Shown: positions 16,088 to 16,773 of the stretch, in pieces | Layout: every line of letters begins with the position of its first letter | How positions within the stretch are numbered: the first letter of the stretch is position 1 | Assembly (NCBI GenBank): GCA_018985225.1 | Contig: JADGIF010000153.1 | Coordinates: forward strand, 1 to 16,773 | DNA from: Amoeboradix gromovi X-113 | Taxonomy: Eukaryota > Fungi > Sanchytriomycota | DNA: 16,773 nt | Direction: 5' to 3' | Made by a program: the position numbers and the translations under genes | The notes under the pieces: generated by a model | Told to the model about the DNA's origin: nothing | Seen by the model: only the letters and a program-made list of their open reading frames with translations | The model's database searches: none

Positions 16088-16773
16088 CAGCCAAATTCTT
16101 ATTTGTTTAAAACGAAGCAGAATTAATAAATTCTAATGTAATTGACAAACTGGTCTCATTATCTGGATATTTCTGAACGCAGTACTGCTCTTAATATACT
16201 AAACCTGCACACAATTTTAAATCGTCTGAACAGTGTTGGAGTGCAACTATTGCCTTCCAAGGCTCAAAAACTCTGTTTATGGGATGTTACCAACTTGTAC
16301 ACTTTGTCATGACCGAAGTAGTTTACATGAGCCGCAGCAGATATCCAACTTTTGGATTTATTTTATCAATACGAGTTCTAAAAGATGTACAATGGATATC
16401 ATGGAAGTAGATATTGTCAAACACATACTTTTGCAGAAAAGCAGAGAATCATTGAAACAAGAATCACCTGGATTCAGGCGTGAACAAATTTCCTGTGGGA
16501 TATAAAAATGTGATCCTCTTCGAGTTTTGCTTGCATGAGTTTAATTAAATAAGATATAATCCAAAAGAGAAATCTTTTTGGATAGGAAAAAAGGATATCT
16601 ATAAAGTTATGAATCATATGAAAGATCGAACAGAGGATTAACATATGGGACATCAAATATAAAAACTGGACCAACATTCTGTAACAACTTGGAACATTAT
16701 TTCAGCTTTATTAATTTTATGGATTTAAGAGGCGAGTGGACATGCAGCTAGTTGCGGAGTTGACGAGTATAAA

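Noticed and set aside
16233-16677. Short ORFs 16233..16505 and 16474..16677 as genes
   Set aside because: Non-ATG starts, no recognisable motifs and many surrounding stops; at most decayed sequence.
1-16773. CRISPR array, rRNA or tRNA genes
   Set aside because: No regularly spaced direct repeats or canonical RNA gene motifs were seen by eye.

Overview
Very compact, AT-rich eukaryotic nuclear DNA read with the standard genetic code. It is most likely from an early-diverging, flagellum-bearing fungus or fungus relative; this is an inference from LCL3, a DUF4200 ciliary protein and a Crinkler-like gene. Bases 1-7190 are a dense housekeeping block: a RING protein, Cdh1/Fzr1, a MED25-like protein, LCL3, a CFAP73/CCDC42-like protein and GPN1. 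Two of these genes are each split by a 19-nt GT-AG intron. Bases ~7340-8840 hold two different, decayed IS607-type Fanzor2 (eukaryotic TnpB) elements fused head-to-head. The minus-strand copy keeps the DPG / rearranged-Glu / DRD RuvC motifs. The plus-strand copy keeps the C-terminus of an IS607 serine-recombinase TnpA overlapping its Fanzor start, which is not shown in the ORF track. Both copies end in a ~110-nt structured module (CCGCCTC ... hairpins ... TTTT-N(2-3)-GAGG-AGA) with near-identical spacing but different stem sequences; this is the likely omegaRNA scaffold and right end. Downstream are a Crinkler-type P-loop NTPase + PD-(D/E)xK nuclease gene, decayed coding DNA with an unexplained multibranched inverted-repeat element, an HP1/Swi6-like protein with a long C-terminal tail, and a sodium:solute symporter. 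All calls are from manual reading; no database searches were run.
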